A DNA stretch of 64,000 nt, from assembly GCA_964016885.1 (NCBI GenBank), contig OZ024745.1, forward strand, positions 28,086,001-28,150,000. The letters run 5' to 3'. The DNA comes from Eledone cirrhosa. Taxonomy: Eukaryota. The notes beneath the pieces are model-generated. The model was not told the DNA's origin. It searched no databases and saw only the letters and a list, made by a program, of their open reading frames with translations. This document shows positions 63,395 through 64,000 of this stretch, piece by piece (position 1 is the first letter of the stretch; every line of letters starts with the position of its first letter). Both the position numbers and the translations under genes were made by a program.

Positions 63395-64000
63395 TGTGTG
63401 TGATTTTAAGTATGTTCTTGCAGACAAACATCGCACCGACCTAGGCACAGCATCTGTCACCCGCTCCTCTTCCCCCTCTATATCCTTTTCTTCACATTTA
63501 TGGCATTGGGTTGTATAGAAGGAAAGAAAGAGTGAGAGTGGTGAAACGACCTTCAGTACATGACTGTTTCCTCATTGTCAGTAAAGATTTCATTAGAAAT
63601 GATGGCCTCCCCACATGGAGAAGGCATTTTCCCGATGGTCCTTTTCTCTACTTTCCTATGCAACCAAATCTCCTCTTCTTTACCCTTTACTCTTTGTTTC
63701 TTCATCAATTAATTTTGGTTTTATCTTTTTTTTTTTATATTTCCATCATTGTATAATTATTTAAAACTCTGTTTTACTGATTTATTAAGGACCCAGAAAT
63801 GCAGATGACATAGGCAACATGTCTACTGGAGCAAGCATATCAACAGGCTAATATTGTGTAAAACATAGTTGACATATGAATTAATTAAATCATAGCTAAA
63901 CTTAAAATTGTCAAATTCCAAGGTTAGTGATATGAACTTTTGACCTATGCTATTTGAAAGAATGGTCAAATTCATCTCTCTCTCTCTCTCTCTCTCTCTC

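Noticed and set aside
63790-63847. Possible small host exon (PRNADDIGNMSTGASIST)
   Set aside because: Weak acceptor, no GT donor, no recognisable homology.

Overview
Repeat-saturated animal genomic DNA with no recognisable host gene. The AT-rich background, dense microsatellites and a tRNA-type SINE suggest an octopus/cephalopod (inference). 1-34 kb is a nest of non-LTR retrotransposons sitting inside (ATT)n/(AAT)n microsatellites. It holds five Tx1-clade (L1-like; gag-like ORF1 plus APE-RT-Zn ORF2) copies of two subfamilies that share a near-identical ORF2 but carry divergent ORF1/5'UTR modules, four R4/Dong-like RT-CCHC-RLE copies of two families inserted in the opposite polarity, and ATT-tailed SINEs. 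34-55 kb holds MITEs/DNA-transposon relics (hAT-Charlie, Tigger/pogo, Merlin, Helitron-like, foldback), RTE relics, SINE clusters and several (TA)n-flanked non-coding elements with minimal hammerhead-ribozyme (HHR) motifs, including a 466-bp tandem/inverted HHR array (candidate retrozyme or Penelope pLTR array). 55.1-62.3 kb is a 12-bp satellite. Best leads: the HHR array, a conserved putative mini-intron that would fuse Tx1 ORF1 in frame to ORF2, and a Tx1/SINE pair sharing a 3' end and an ATTATT target. All identity figures are by-eye estimates.
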